From contig CAZQGC010000004.1 of assembly GCA_964592765.1 (NCBI GenBank), positions 25,233 to 49,232 of the forward strand: a stretch of DNA of 24,000 nt, written 5' to 3'. This DNA comes from Candidatus Micrarchaeota archaeon. GTDB taxonomy: Archaea > Micrarchaeota > Micrarchaeia > Micrarchaeales > Micrarchaeaceae. Of the stretch, positions 7,253 through 13,728 are shown piece after piece; within the stretch, counting starts at the first letter, position 1; every line of letters starts with the position of its first letter. Under the pieces are notes generated by a model. It saw nothing but the letters and a program-made list of their open reading frames with translations. It ran no database searches and was not told where the DNA came from. Both the position numbers and the translations under genes were made by a program.

Positions 7253-7630
7253 TTGAAGTATACGCTTATAGACACGAGCTCAATCCTGTTCGGGCTCAGG
7301 TTCAAGAAGGATGCAATTGCCGCAACGGCGGCCCAGCTTCCACTAAAGCCAGCAGTCTCTAGGGGCGTGCTTAGGGAGCTGCGCGGCATCTCGCTAAATC
7401 GCGGCAAGCGCGGCTCTGCCGCCAAGACCGCCCTTGTGCTGCTCGAAAGAAAGACCCTCAAGGTGTACGCAGATACCGGCAATGTCGACCAGTGGTTGCT
7501 TTTGCAGGCTACGAAGGACGGAACCCCGGTTGTGACCAACGACACAAAACTTATTAAGATGCTGGTTGCTAAAGGTATAGTGAGCTTTAAGGTTTCTAAA
7601 TCCGGCTTGCTTAAGCAGTGTCGGGGGTGA
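7253..7630 (+). CDS. PIN-domain protein, Fcf1/Utp24-like (COG1412-type)
   Basis: The 125-aa ORF has an N-terminal (M)KYTLIDTSSIL with an acidic PIN residue and a C-terminal VVTNDTKLIKMLVAKGI block. It occupies the conserved archaeal position immediately upstream of rpoE'-spt4. It starts with TTG, and its stop lies 4 nt before the rpoE' ATG. Confidence 0.7.
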   Translation: MKYTLIDTSSILFGLRFKKDAIAATAAQLPLKPAVSRGVLRELRGISLNRGKRGSAAKTALVLLERKTLKVYADTGNVDQWLLLQATKDGTPVVTNDTKLIKMLVAKGIVSFKVSKSGLLKQCRG

Positions 7631-7634
7631 ATCG

Positions 7635-8231
7635 ATGTACACGATATATACTGTCAAGGACATGTTTGCTCTGCCGCCCGAACATTTCGATTCGGACATC
7701 AGCGACGTTGCGGAAGGCGTTCTGCAGAAGAAGTATGAGGGCAGGGTAGACAAAGAGCTAGGGATAATAGTCTCCGTTTTCGACGTCAAGGACGTAAGCG
7801 ATGGTACTATCTACCCCGGTGATCCTGCGACGCACCACAATGCAAGTTTCAGCGTTTTGGCGTTCATGCCACGCGTCGACGAGATAGTGAGCGGCGAGGT
7901 TGCGGAACTAACAGATTTCGGTGCCTTCGTCAAGATAGGCCCGATGGAAGGTCTCGTGCATGTTTCGCAGATAGCTAACGAATTTCTTACATATGACCGC
8001 AAGACACAGGTCTTCATGTCAAAGCAGAAGAAGGCGATGCTAAAGAAGGGCGACCTTATCTATGCGAAGATATCAACAGTTAGCATGAAGAATACCGTCA
8101 AGGATTCGAAGATAGCGCTTACGATGAAATCAGACGGGCTTGGCAAGCCGGAATGGTACAAGAGCTCTGGTGCTCCAAGGAATGTTCTGCACCGCGGCCA
8201 GGGAGGATCGGGGCACCGCGGCAAGCGGTGA
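7635..8231 (+). CDS. rpoE: DNA-directed RNA polymerase subunit Rpo7 (RpoE')
   Basis: The 198-aa ORF has an Rpb7-like N-terminal domain (MYTIYTVKDMFALPPEHFDSD...). It also has an S1 domain (GEVAELTDFGAFVKIGPMEGLVHVSQI). It is followed by spt4, as in most archaea. Confidence 0.9.
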   Translation: MYTIYTVKDMFALPPEHFDSDISDVAEGVLQKKYEGRVDKELGIIVSVFDVKDVSDGTIYPGDPATHHNASFSVLAFMPRVDEIVSGEVAELTDFGAFVKIGPMEGLVHVSQIANEFLTYDRKTQVFMSKQKKAMLKKGDLIYAKISTVSMKNTVKDSKIALTMKSDGLGKPEWYKSSGAPRNVLHRGQGGSGHRGKR

Positions 8232-8261
8232 TTTATACCTGATTGACGTTATTGTGATTAC

Positions 8262-8453
8262 ATGACAGACGAAAAGGCATGCAAGAAATGCGGGATGGTC
8301 ATAAGCCACGGGGACGTATGCCCCGTGTGCGGGTCAAAGGAGCTTACGAACAAGTGGGGCAGCTACATAATCATGCTGAACGCAGACAAATCTGAGATCG
8401 CAAAGAAACTCAACATAAGCATGAACAGCACCTTTGCGATAGATGTCAGGTGA
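8262..8453 (+). CDS. spt4: Transcription elongation factor Spt4 (RpoE'')
   Basis: The 63-aa ORF has the zinc ribbon CKKCGMVISHGDVCPVCGS followed by WGSYIIMLN, the typical Spt4 pattern. It is adjacent to rpoE'. Confidence 0.88.
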   Translation: MTDEKACKKCGMVISHGDVCPVCGSKELTNKWGSYIIMLNADKSEIAKKLNISMNSTFAIDVR

Positions 8454-8455
8454 AC

Positions 8456-8485
8456 GCGGACTGGGCGCGCGGCGCGCGCTTCCGC
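8456..8485. terminator. GC-only palindromic tract between the convergent spt4 and FKBP genes (possible bidirectional terminator structure)
   Basis: GCGGA (8456..8460) pairs with TCCGC (8481..8485). These arms flank GGGCGCGCGGCGCGCGC, 17 consecutive G/C of mostly alternating GC. The whole convergent gap is only 55 nt. Confidence 0.3.
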
Positions 8486-8508
8486 ACTAATAATGGCCTG
8501 TAAGGGAA

Positions 8509-9267
8509 TTACTGCTCCTCGTGGCCGTGCTTGTGTTCCTGTGCATGCCCGTGAGCGTGTTCCACACCATGTGCGATGGCCTCCTTATCAAGTTCCTTCC
8601 TGTTGTAATCCTCCTCTACCTTTATGTTGTCTATGGCTTTCAGGTAGCTGAACGCGGATGCGACCGTCCTCGCCTTTGCGAATGAGAAGTCCGCGTCCTT
8701 TCTTATCCCGCTCCCGTATTTCACGGAGAGCAAGCTGCCATTTATCGCTACCTCGGTTGGTGCAGCGCCATACGTGCTTCCCAAACTCCTCACTTTGTCC
8801 TCGTCTTTGGTTACGTGGCTGACGACCTTCACCTCATACACAATGTTGCGCCCTGCGTATTGGTTGTTGGCATCCACTATGACCCTCCCGGAATTCACAC
8901 TTCTGACAATCGCGGTCCTGTCGTCCAATTCTACCGTAAGTCCGGGATACGGCTCTATGTTCCTTTCCCTGAAGTCTGCAAGGCGCATGACTCTTACGAG
9001 CTGCTCGTCCCGCTGCCCGAAGGCCTCCTCCGGTTTGAACGTAAACTTTTTCTGTTCCCCGACGGACATGCCATGCAGCTCCCTGTCAAGGCCGCTTATT
9101 ATGCCATTGCTGCCTACTACTACCAGGACCTTGCCATATCTGGCTTTCTCGTCATAAAGGTTCGCCTTCTTTGCCTTCTCCTCGTCCGTTGTAGCTATGA
9201 GGGAGTTGTCAGAAGCATCCCATGCGCTGTATTCGACCTCAATGAAATCGCCGTTTTCAAAAGCCAT
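8509..9267 (-). CDS. FKBP-type peptidyl-prolyl cis-trans isomerase, long archaeal type with IF domain and His-rich C-terminal tail (SlyD-like)
   Basis: The 252-aa ORF carries GKVLVVVGSNGIISGLDRELHGMSVGEQKKFTFKPEEAFGQRDEQLV and VDANNQYAGRNIVYEVKVV, which match FKBP/SlyD blocks (vD.NHPLAGk.L.F.v.v). The tail is HGVEHAHGHAQEHKHGHEEQ. Confidence 0.85.
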   Translation of the reverse strand: MAFENGDFIEVEYSAWDASDNSLIATTDEEKAKKANLYDEKARYGKVLVVVGSNGIISGLDRELHGMSVGEQKKFTFKPEEAFGQRDEQLVRVMRLADFRERNIEPYPGLTVELDDRTAIVRSVNSGRVIVDANNQYAGRNIVYEVKVVSHVTKDEDKVRSLGSTYGAAPTEVAINGSLLSVKYGSGIRKDADFSFAKARTVASAFSYLKAIDNIKVEEDYNRKELDKEAIAHGVEHAHGHAQEHKHGHEEQ

Positions 9268-9357
9268 ACTATCACTCTGTGTGTAAAGATAATCTACGGT
9301 TAGGAATAATAACCTTTACAACATTATACTGCGTATTACACTGCGCAGTTGGTAATA

Positions 9358-9960
9358 ATGAAGAAGGACAAAAAGGGGATAATCCTGTTCATAGGATCCA
9401 TTTTCGTTGCCGCCATGTTCCTATCAAGCATGCTGGTGGGCGGTGGTGGCCCACCGCCAAGCTCGTCTTCAAAGCCTAATGCGAGTCTGAACGTGAGTAC
9501 ATTCTTTGGCACTGGGACGGCGAACGCGATAGTGGTAGGGTATGGGAGCTCAGTTGCTATAACGCTGCTCAATTCCACATACGAAAATTCAACGAACGAG
9601 TTCCTCGCGGGCCTCGAGGCGAACAACACGATAAGCACGTACAATCAGTTCAACAATACCTTTAGGGTTTCCCTGCAGTCTATAAGCGGATACGAGTTGC
9701 AGAGGGAGCTATCGGCAAAGCTTCGTCCCGGCGCGTTCCAGATGAGCGCCGCGGAATACGTGCTCCTTCCCGGGCAGGCCACACTGCACATAGGCGGTCA
9801 GGCAATCACCACCTATCTCGGCTCCGGACAGCGGAAAGTCACCGTGCTTAACCTTACTCCGATAAATTCAACCGTGCCGGTATATCTGAATGCGATAGTT
9901 GCCTTTCAGAATGGCACCTACTCCGTGTACAATAACAATATTACGCTCAAGGCCAGGTGA
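9358..9960 (+). CDS. Membrane-anchored extracellular protein, N-glycosylation-sequon rich (hypothetical)
   Basis: The ATG at 9358 gives MKKDKKGIILFIGSIFVAAMFLSSMLVGGGGPPPSSSS. This is a basic N-terminus, one TM helix and a Gly/Pro/Ser linker. I count 10 N-x-S/T sequons in ~200 aa. The track start at 9349 is TTG. Confidence 0.6.
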   Translation: MKKDKKGIILFIGSIFVAAMFLSSMLVGGGGPPPSSSSKPNASLNVSTFFGTGTANAIVVGYGSSVAITLLNSTYENSTNEFLAGLEANNTISTYNQFNNTFRVSLQSISGYELQRELSAKLRPGAFQMSAAEYVLLPGQATLHIGGQAITTYLGSGQRKVTVLNLTPINSTVPVYLNAIVAFQNGTYSVYNNNITLKAR

Positions 9961-9997
9961 AACTGGCAGTGGCCGCAAGGCCAATCGGTGATGTGCA

Positions 9998-11209
9998 ATG
10001 CCGGATGAAGAGATAGCTGCTGTGGCGCGCAAGCATGCGATACGAAATGCCCTTGAATATGGGCAGGCGCAGCCAGGTCCAGTGCTTAACAAAGTCTTCT
10101 CTGAGATACCCTCTGCAAAGGAGGATGTAAAGCATGTCGTGGAAATAATCGGGAAAGTGGTCCGTGAAGTCAACTCGATGGCAAAGGCGCAGGTAGAGGA
10201 AGAGTTTTCGCGATACGAGTTCCCCGAGAAGGCCGAACGGCACGGCCTGCCCGAACTCCCCTGGGTAGTGCCTGGCACGAAGGTCAATACGAGGTTTGCA
10301 CCAAATCCGAGTGGTTTCCTCCACATCGGCCATTCGAAGGTGATGATACTTTCAGACGAGTATTCGAAGAAGTATTGCGGTAGCTTCTATGTGCGATTCG
10401 AGGATACCGATCCAAAAGGCAAAAAGCCGATACCCGAAGCCTATAATATGACAATAAAGGACATAGAGTGGCTAGGTTGCAGTATTGCAGCCGTGATAAA
10501 ACAGAGCGAGAGAATGTCCCTCTACTACGCGTTCGCCGAGCGGCTTATAAGAGAGGGAAAAGCATACGTCTGCACGTGTGCGAAAGAGGTTCTCCAGGAG
10601 AATCGCAGGAAGGGCATCGCATGCCAGTGCCGCGGGCGTTCCTCTATTGATGATTGGAAAAAGATGCACGATGGCGGTTTCTCTGAGGCGAGTGCGGTGC
10701 TTAGGCTGAAGACGGACATGAAGCATCCGAATCCATCTGTTAGGGACTGGGTGCTCTTCAGGATAATCGACGAGGCGCATCCGCTGACTGGCACCAGATA
10801 CCGGGTCTGGCCCCTATATAATTTTGCTGCAGTGATTGACGATCACGAGATGGGCATCAATCTCGTAATAAGGGGAAAGGAGCACGAGATAAATGCTGTG
10901 AAGCAGGGCATGCTGTTTGGTGCATTCTCCTGGGAGATGCCCCACATAATAGAGGTTGGGACGCTCAAGGTGCACGGGGAGCTGGCGCATAAGTCCGATA
11001 TACGCAACGCAATAAAGGCCGGGACGCTGAGCGGATGGGATGACCCGAGGGCTCCTACAATAATGGCCTTCAGGAAGAAGGGCATCGACCCGAGGGCGAT
11101 AAGAACCTACATAATAAGCTCCGGCATAGGGAAAAGCGATTCTTACCTTGACATAAAGAAGCTCGAATCCTTCGATAGGAAGATAAAGAAAGATCCAAAT
11201 GATGCGTGA
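9998..11209 (+). CDS. gltX: Glutamyl-tRNA synthetase-like protein: archaeal N-terminal region plus catalytic domain only, no anticodon-binding domain
   Basis: The 403-aa ORF has TRFAPNPSGFLHIGHSK, with the HIGH motif at aa 109-112. It also has YVRFEDTDP, AYVCTCAKEV...CQCRGRS, WPLYNFAAVIDDHEMGINLVIRGKEH and SGWDDPRAPTIMAFRKKGIDPRAIR. All are characteristic of archaeal/eukaryotic-type GluRS. The protein ends ...LESFDRKIKKDPNDA*, where canonical ~550-570-aa enzymes continue into the beta-barrel anticodon-binding domains. Confidence 0.8.
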   Translation: MPDEEIAAVARKHAIRNALEYGQAQPGPVLNKVFSEIPSAKEDVKHVVEIIGKVVREVNSMAKAQVEEEFSRYEFPEKAERHGLPELPWVVPGTKVNTRFAPNPSGFLHIGHSKVMILSDEYSKKYCGSFYVRFEDTDPKGKKPIPEAYNMTIKDIEWLGCSIAAVIKQSERMSLYYAFAERLIREGKAYVCTCAKEVLQENRRKGIACQCRGRSSIDDWKKMHDGGFSEASAVLRLKTDMKHPNPSVRDWVLFRIIDEAHPLTGTRYRVWPLYNFAAVIDDHEMGINLVIRGKEHEINAVKQGMLFGAFSWEMPHIIEVGTLKVHGELAHKSDIRNAIKAGTLSGWDDPRAPTIMAFRKKGIDPRAIRTYIISSGIGKSDSYLDIKKLESFDRKIKKDPNDA

Positions 11210-11231
11210 GTCTGCATGTGCCAATGCCCGC

Positions 11232-12065
11232 TCATATCTCCTTTGCTGCGTGTATGTCCTTCAAAAGCGCGGTCAGCCTCACACTGTTAGAATACTTGCC
11301 GAATATGGCGGCGACCTTTTCCGCTTCCGAGAGCCGACCGAGCTTAAACAACGAGAATGAGATATAATACATGGCATTCACAGAGGGTGTGCGCTGCAGT
11401 GCAATCTGGCCGGCGACACGCATCGCGTAATCATACCTGCCAAGGGCAGTGTCAAGCACCATGCCGGCGTATGTGGCAAGTGCCGGCGCCCCTGACCTAT
11501 TTACGCTGTTAAAATCAGAGTATGCCTGCCTCAGTTTTCCAAGCTTCACATTGCACAGCAGTGAGACATAATAGTCCTCCGCGGCCGGCAATTCCCCCGG
11601 CCTATTCTTGGCCATAAAGATTGCCTTATTGAAGAAAAGCCTTGCCTGCGTATAGAGCTCTATGGATCTCAGCCTGTGCCTCGCATTTTCTTCCATGAAC
11701 CCCGCGAGGTCGTACCTGACCAGCGAAAGCTCATAATTTGAATACATTATGTAATTGAGCCCATTTACGTATAGGTTGGCAGGGCTTCCGTTCGTGGTTA
11801 GGGCCTTTTCATACTCTTTTACCGCCCCGTCGAAATCCTGTCGGGAGAGCTTCGTAATATACGCGTCGAGTACCCCAGCAAGCTCTGGGTTGTCTGCGGG
11901 CTCATCGCGCGTTGACTCGACAACATTTTCGCAATTCTGGCAGAATGCGGAGCCCCTCCCTGCCCTATGCACCGGTGTAGCCGCACCGCAGTGGCTGCAC
12001 ACCACGTGTGTCTCGGAAGCAAACGCCTCAGCGAATGCCTTCCTATAAACAGAGATCCTTGCCAT
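11232..12065 (-). CDS. Zinc-ribbon plus helical-repeat (TPR-like) protein, hypothetical
   Basis: The 277-aa ORF has an N-terminal CSHCGAATPVHRAGRGSAFCQNC (C-x2-C-x15-C-x2-C). The rest is helical, with repeated A/Y/L-rich pairs such as YEKALTTNG, LYTQARLFFNKAIFMA, YAGMVLDTALGRYDYAMRVAG and YYISFSLFKLGRLSEAEKVA. Confidence 0.55.
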   Translation of the reverse strand: MARISVYRKAFAEAFASETHVVCSHCGAATPVHRAGRGSAFCQNCENVVESTRDEPADNPELAGVLDAYITKLSRQDFDGAVKEYEKALTTNGSPANLYVNGLNYIMYSNYELSLVRYDLAGFMEENARHRLRSIELYTQARLFFNKAIFMAKNRPGELPAAEDYYVSLLCNVKLGKLRQAYSDFNSVNRSGAPALATYAGMVLDTALGRYDYAMRVAGQIALQRTPSVNAMYYISFSLFKLGRLSEAEKVAAIFGKYSNSVRLTALLKDIHAAKEI

Positions 12066-12106
12066 TCAAATCAGATAAATATGCAAACGAGCCTTTATTA
12101 GTTTTA

Positions 12107-12784
12107 TTATGTTTTTTGATTCCCGCCACGCTTTTTGCGCAGCACACAGAAGAGGTGCAGGCTGTCATATGGCTCTATGTCTATTCTCTGCACAACCTCA
12201 AAGCTTACCGACAGCCTGGCGAGTGTCTCGGCGAAGACCTGCCCGGGCTTCTTTGATATGTCTATGCTCTGGGATTTTATCGCAAGGTATGCGTATCCTC
12301 CATCCTTCAGCAATTTACTGTTCTTCAGTAGTATCTCTGCCTGGTCCCTGGCCGATACGTCCTGATATATCGCGTCGCACTCGCCGACCGATTGGCTATA
12401 TTTTTCGGTCTCATTTGCATCTGCCAATATGGGGAACATATTGTCCCTACGTTCACACACACCCAGCAGCTGCCGCATGTTCCTCTCGGATATCTCTACG
12501 CAGAAGACCTTCCCGGAGCGCGCGATATCGCTGACATGGCTCGGTGTGGTGCCGGTCGCTGCGCCAAGGTAGAGCACGCATGAATCTTTATGCACGTGGA
12601 GCTCTTTCAGTCCCTTCATTATTGCAGCAGCGAGCTTGCTCCTGTAAGGATTCCAAAACCTGTATTCCAGCGTCCCAGACGCCACTAACTCCTCGCCATA
12701 GACTCTGGCCCCGGGTGTCCTGTTGACGGTTGCGAGCCTGCCGTCTATGAGGTATACCCCTTCAAAAAGCTCCCTTATGTCCAT
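12107..12784 (-). CDS. flpA: Fibrillarin-like rRNA/tRNA 2'-O-methyltransferase
   Basis: The 225-aa ORF has EYRFWNPYRSKLAAAI, the SAM motif VLYLGAATGTTPSHVSDI, and IYQDVSARDQAEIL. All are hallmark fibrillarin blocks. Confidence 0.92.
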   Translation of the reverse strand: MDIRELFEGVYLIDGRLATVNRTPGARVYGEELVASGTLEYRFWNPYRSKLAAAIMKGLKELHVHKDSCVLYLGAATGTTPSHVSDIARSGKVFCVEISERNMRQLLGVCERRDNMFPILADANETEKYSQSVGECDAIYQDVSARDQAEILLKNSKLLKDGGYAYLAIKSQSIDISKKPGQVFAETLARLSVSFEVVQRIDIEPYDSLHLFCVLRKKRGGNQKT

Positions 12785-12826
12785 CGATGCACCAAACTGC
12801 CGGATGGTGGGAGGAGCGCAGCACGC

Positions 12827-13141
12827 TCACTCGGTGCCGGCCTTCTTTGCTGGAATACCCACCCTTTCGAGATATCTAGGCAGGACTATGAGGGTACGTT
12901 TGCTGTCCATCGCATTAATCGCTACCACGTACGCGCTCCCACGCGTTCCTGTGACCACACCGATCTTACCCTTGTAGCGAGGGTGCGGTATATTTCCGAA
13001 ATTTCCCTTTGGGATGATTGCGACCCGCTCGCCGATAGCGAACTCCTTTATGATTGATCTTATCTTTAGCTGCGAAGGCTTGTGATGCCTTGCAAGGTGC
13101 CTCGATCTCCCACTAAGGAGCCCGACTGATCTCTTTGCCAT
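12827..13141 (-). CDS. rpl21e: 50S ribosomal protein L21e
   Basis: The sequence is MAKRSVGLLSGRSRHLARHHKPSQLKIRSIIKEFAIGERVAIIPKGNFGNIPHPRYKGKIGVVTGTRGSAYVV.... HPRYxGKxGxV is the L21e signature. I place the start at ATG 13141; the track's upstream GTG is at 13150. Confidence 0.9.
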   Translation of the reverse strand: MAKRSVGLLSGRSRHLARHHKPSQLKIRSIIKEFAIGERVAIIPKGNFGNIPHPRYKGKIGVVTGTRGSAYVVAINAMDSKRTLIVLPRYLERVGIPAKKAGTE

Positions 13142-13187
13142 GATGACCACTAAACTTGTCTATGGAACTAATTTAGATGCACAACGT

Positions 13188-13195
13188 ATTTATAC
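13188..13195 (+). promoter_or_regulatory. TATA box (ATTTATAC) for the TBP-like gene
   Basis: The box is centred ~26 nt upstream of GTG 13217, predicting a leaderless or very short-leader mRNA. A second TATA-like TAAATTA (~13168..13176) faces rpl21e on the other strand. Confidence 0.45.
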
Positions 13196-13216
13196 TTTAT
13201 CAGATATACTGTAGCG

Positions 13217-13576
13217 GTGCATTCAATGAAAGGGCAACGGGGGTCCCTGCAAAGGTCAGCGTCAGGGCATACTGGTATCAAGCTTAAGCCTACGTACGAG
13301 GTTGTGAACATAGTGGCGAGTGCCGAACTCAACATAGAGCTCGACCTTTACGGCCTGGCAAGGCTGTCCAGAGACGTAGATTACGAGCCGGAGCAGTTCC
13401 CGGGTGCAATATTCAAGGTGCATGACCCGAAGGCTGCGCTTCTCCTGTTCAACAGCGGCAAGATAATTTGCACCGGTGCGAAGACGACAGCAGATGTGGA
13501 GCGCGCGGTGGACCATGCGGTCCAGCTCGTAAAGAAATACGTCGTGACCTACAAGGGCAAGCGCCCTACTAGGTAA
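13217..13576 (+). CDS. tbp: TATA-box-binding-protein homologue containing a single TBP repeat (half-size TBP)
   Basis: The ORF is 119 aa, or 116 aa from ATG 13226. The segment YEVVNIVASAELNIELDLYGLARLSRDVDYEPEQFPGAIFKVHDPKAALLLFNSGKIICTGAKTTADVERAVDHAVQLVKKY matches one complete TBP repeat, including the NIVAS, YEPEQFPG and SGKxxCTGAK blocks. No second repeat is encoded upstream or downstream. Confidence 0.85.
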   Translation: MHSMKGQRGSLQRSASGHTGIKLKPTYEVVNIVASAELNIELDLYGLARLSRDVDYEPEQFPGAIFKVHDPKAALLLFNSGKIICTGAKTTADVERAVDHAVQLVKKYVVTYKGKRPTR

Positions 13577-13590
13577 GCCTGGTTTATTTG

Positions 13591-13613
13591 CCTTCCCAGA
13601 AAAAATAGGAAGG
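13591..13613 (+). terminator. Hairpin after the TBP-like gene (CCTTCC / GGAAGG, 11-nt A-rich loop), preceded by a T-rich TTTATTT run
   Basis: The 6-bp perfect stem spans 13591..13596 and 13608..13613. TTTATTT at 13583..13589 lies just after the stop at 13576. Confidence 0.35.
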
Positions 13614-13693
13614 TATAAATATCTTATTGAGAGAAACACTTTGACAGACTTGGTTTCACGCTAATTCTGTAACAACCCTATTCTCATCCACCC

Positions 13694-13728
13694 GGGGCGT
13701 ATTTCGGTACGCCTCGAAAAACATTTTT
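13694..13728. terminator. Stem-loop (GGGGCGTA/TACGCCTC with one G-U) flanked by A5 and T5 runs; candidate bidirectional terminator
   Basis: GGCGTA (13696..13701) and TACGCC (13708..13713) pair perfectly with a TTTCGG loop. A5 lies at 13717..13721, which reads as T5 for minus-strand mcm transcripts. T5 lies at 13724..13728 for plus-strand transcripts. Confidence 0.4.

Noticed and set aside
7394-7789. A 131-aa minus-strand ORF spanning the PIN/rpoE' junction.
   Set aside because: It lies antisense to two well-supported genes and has no recognisable features.
10814-11224. A 136-aa minus-strand ORF overlapping the GluRS 3' end.
   Set aside because: It lies antisense to conserved GluRS blocks. 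The sequence is Tyr/Leu/Pro-rich with no motif.
11207-11300. Possible stop-codon readthrough or frameshift restoring the GluRS C-terminal domain.
   Set aside because: Readthrough gives VCMCQCPLISPLLRVCPSKARSASHC* with no similarity to the anticodon-binding domain. No long plus-strand ORF exists in any frame from 11210 to 11750.
13631-13693. A C/D box sRNA-like arrangement on the minus strand (GGATGAG ... CAGA ... GTGAAA ...).
   Set aside because: The C box is imperfect, and no CTGA D box lies at the required ~12-nt spacing. The C' and D' boxes are degenerate. This is insufficient to call.
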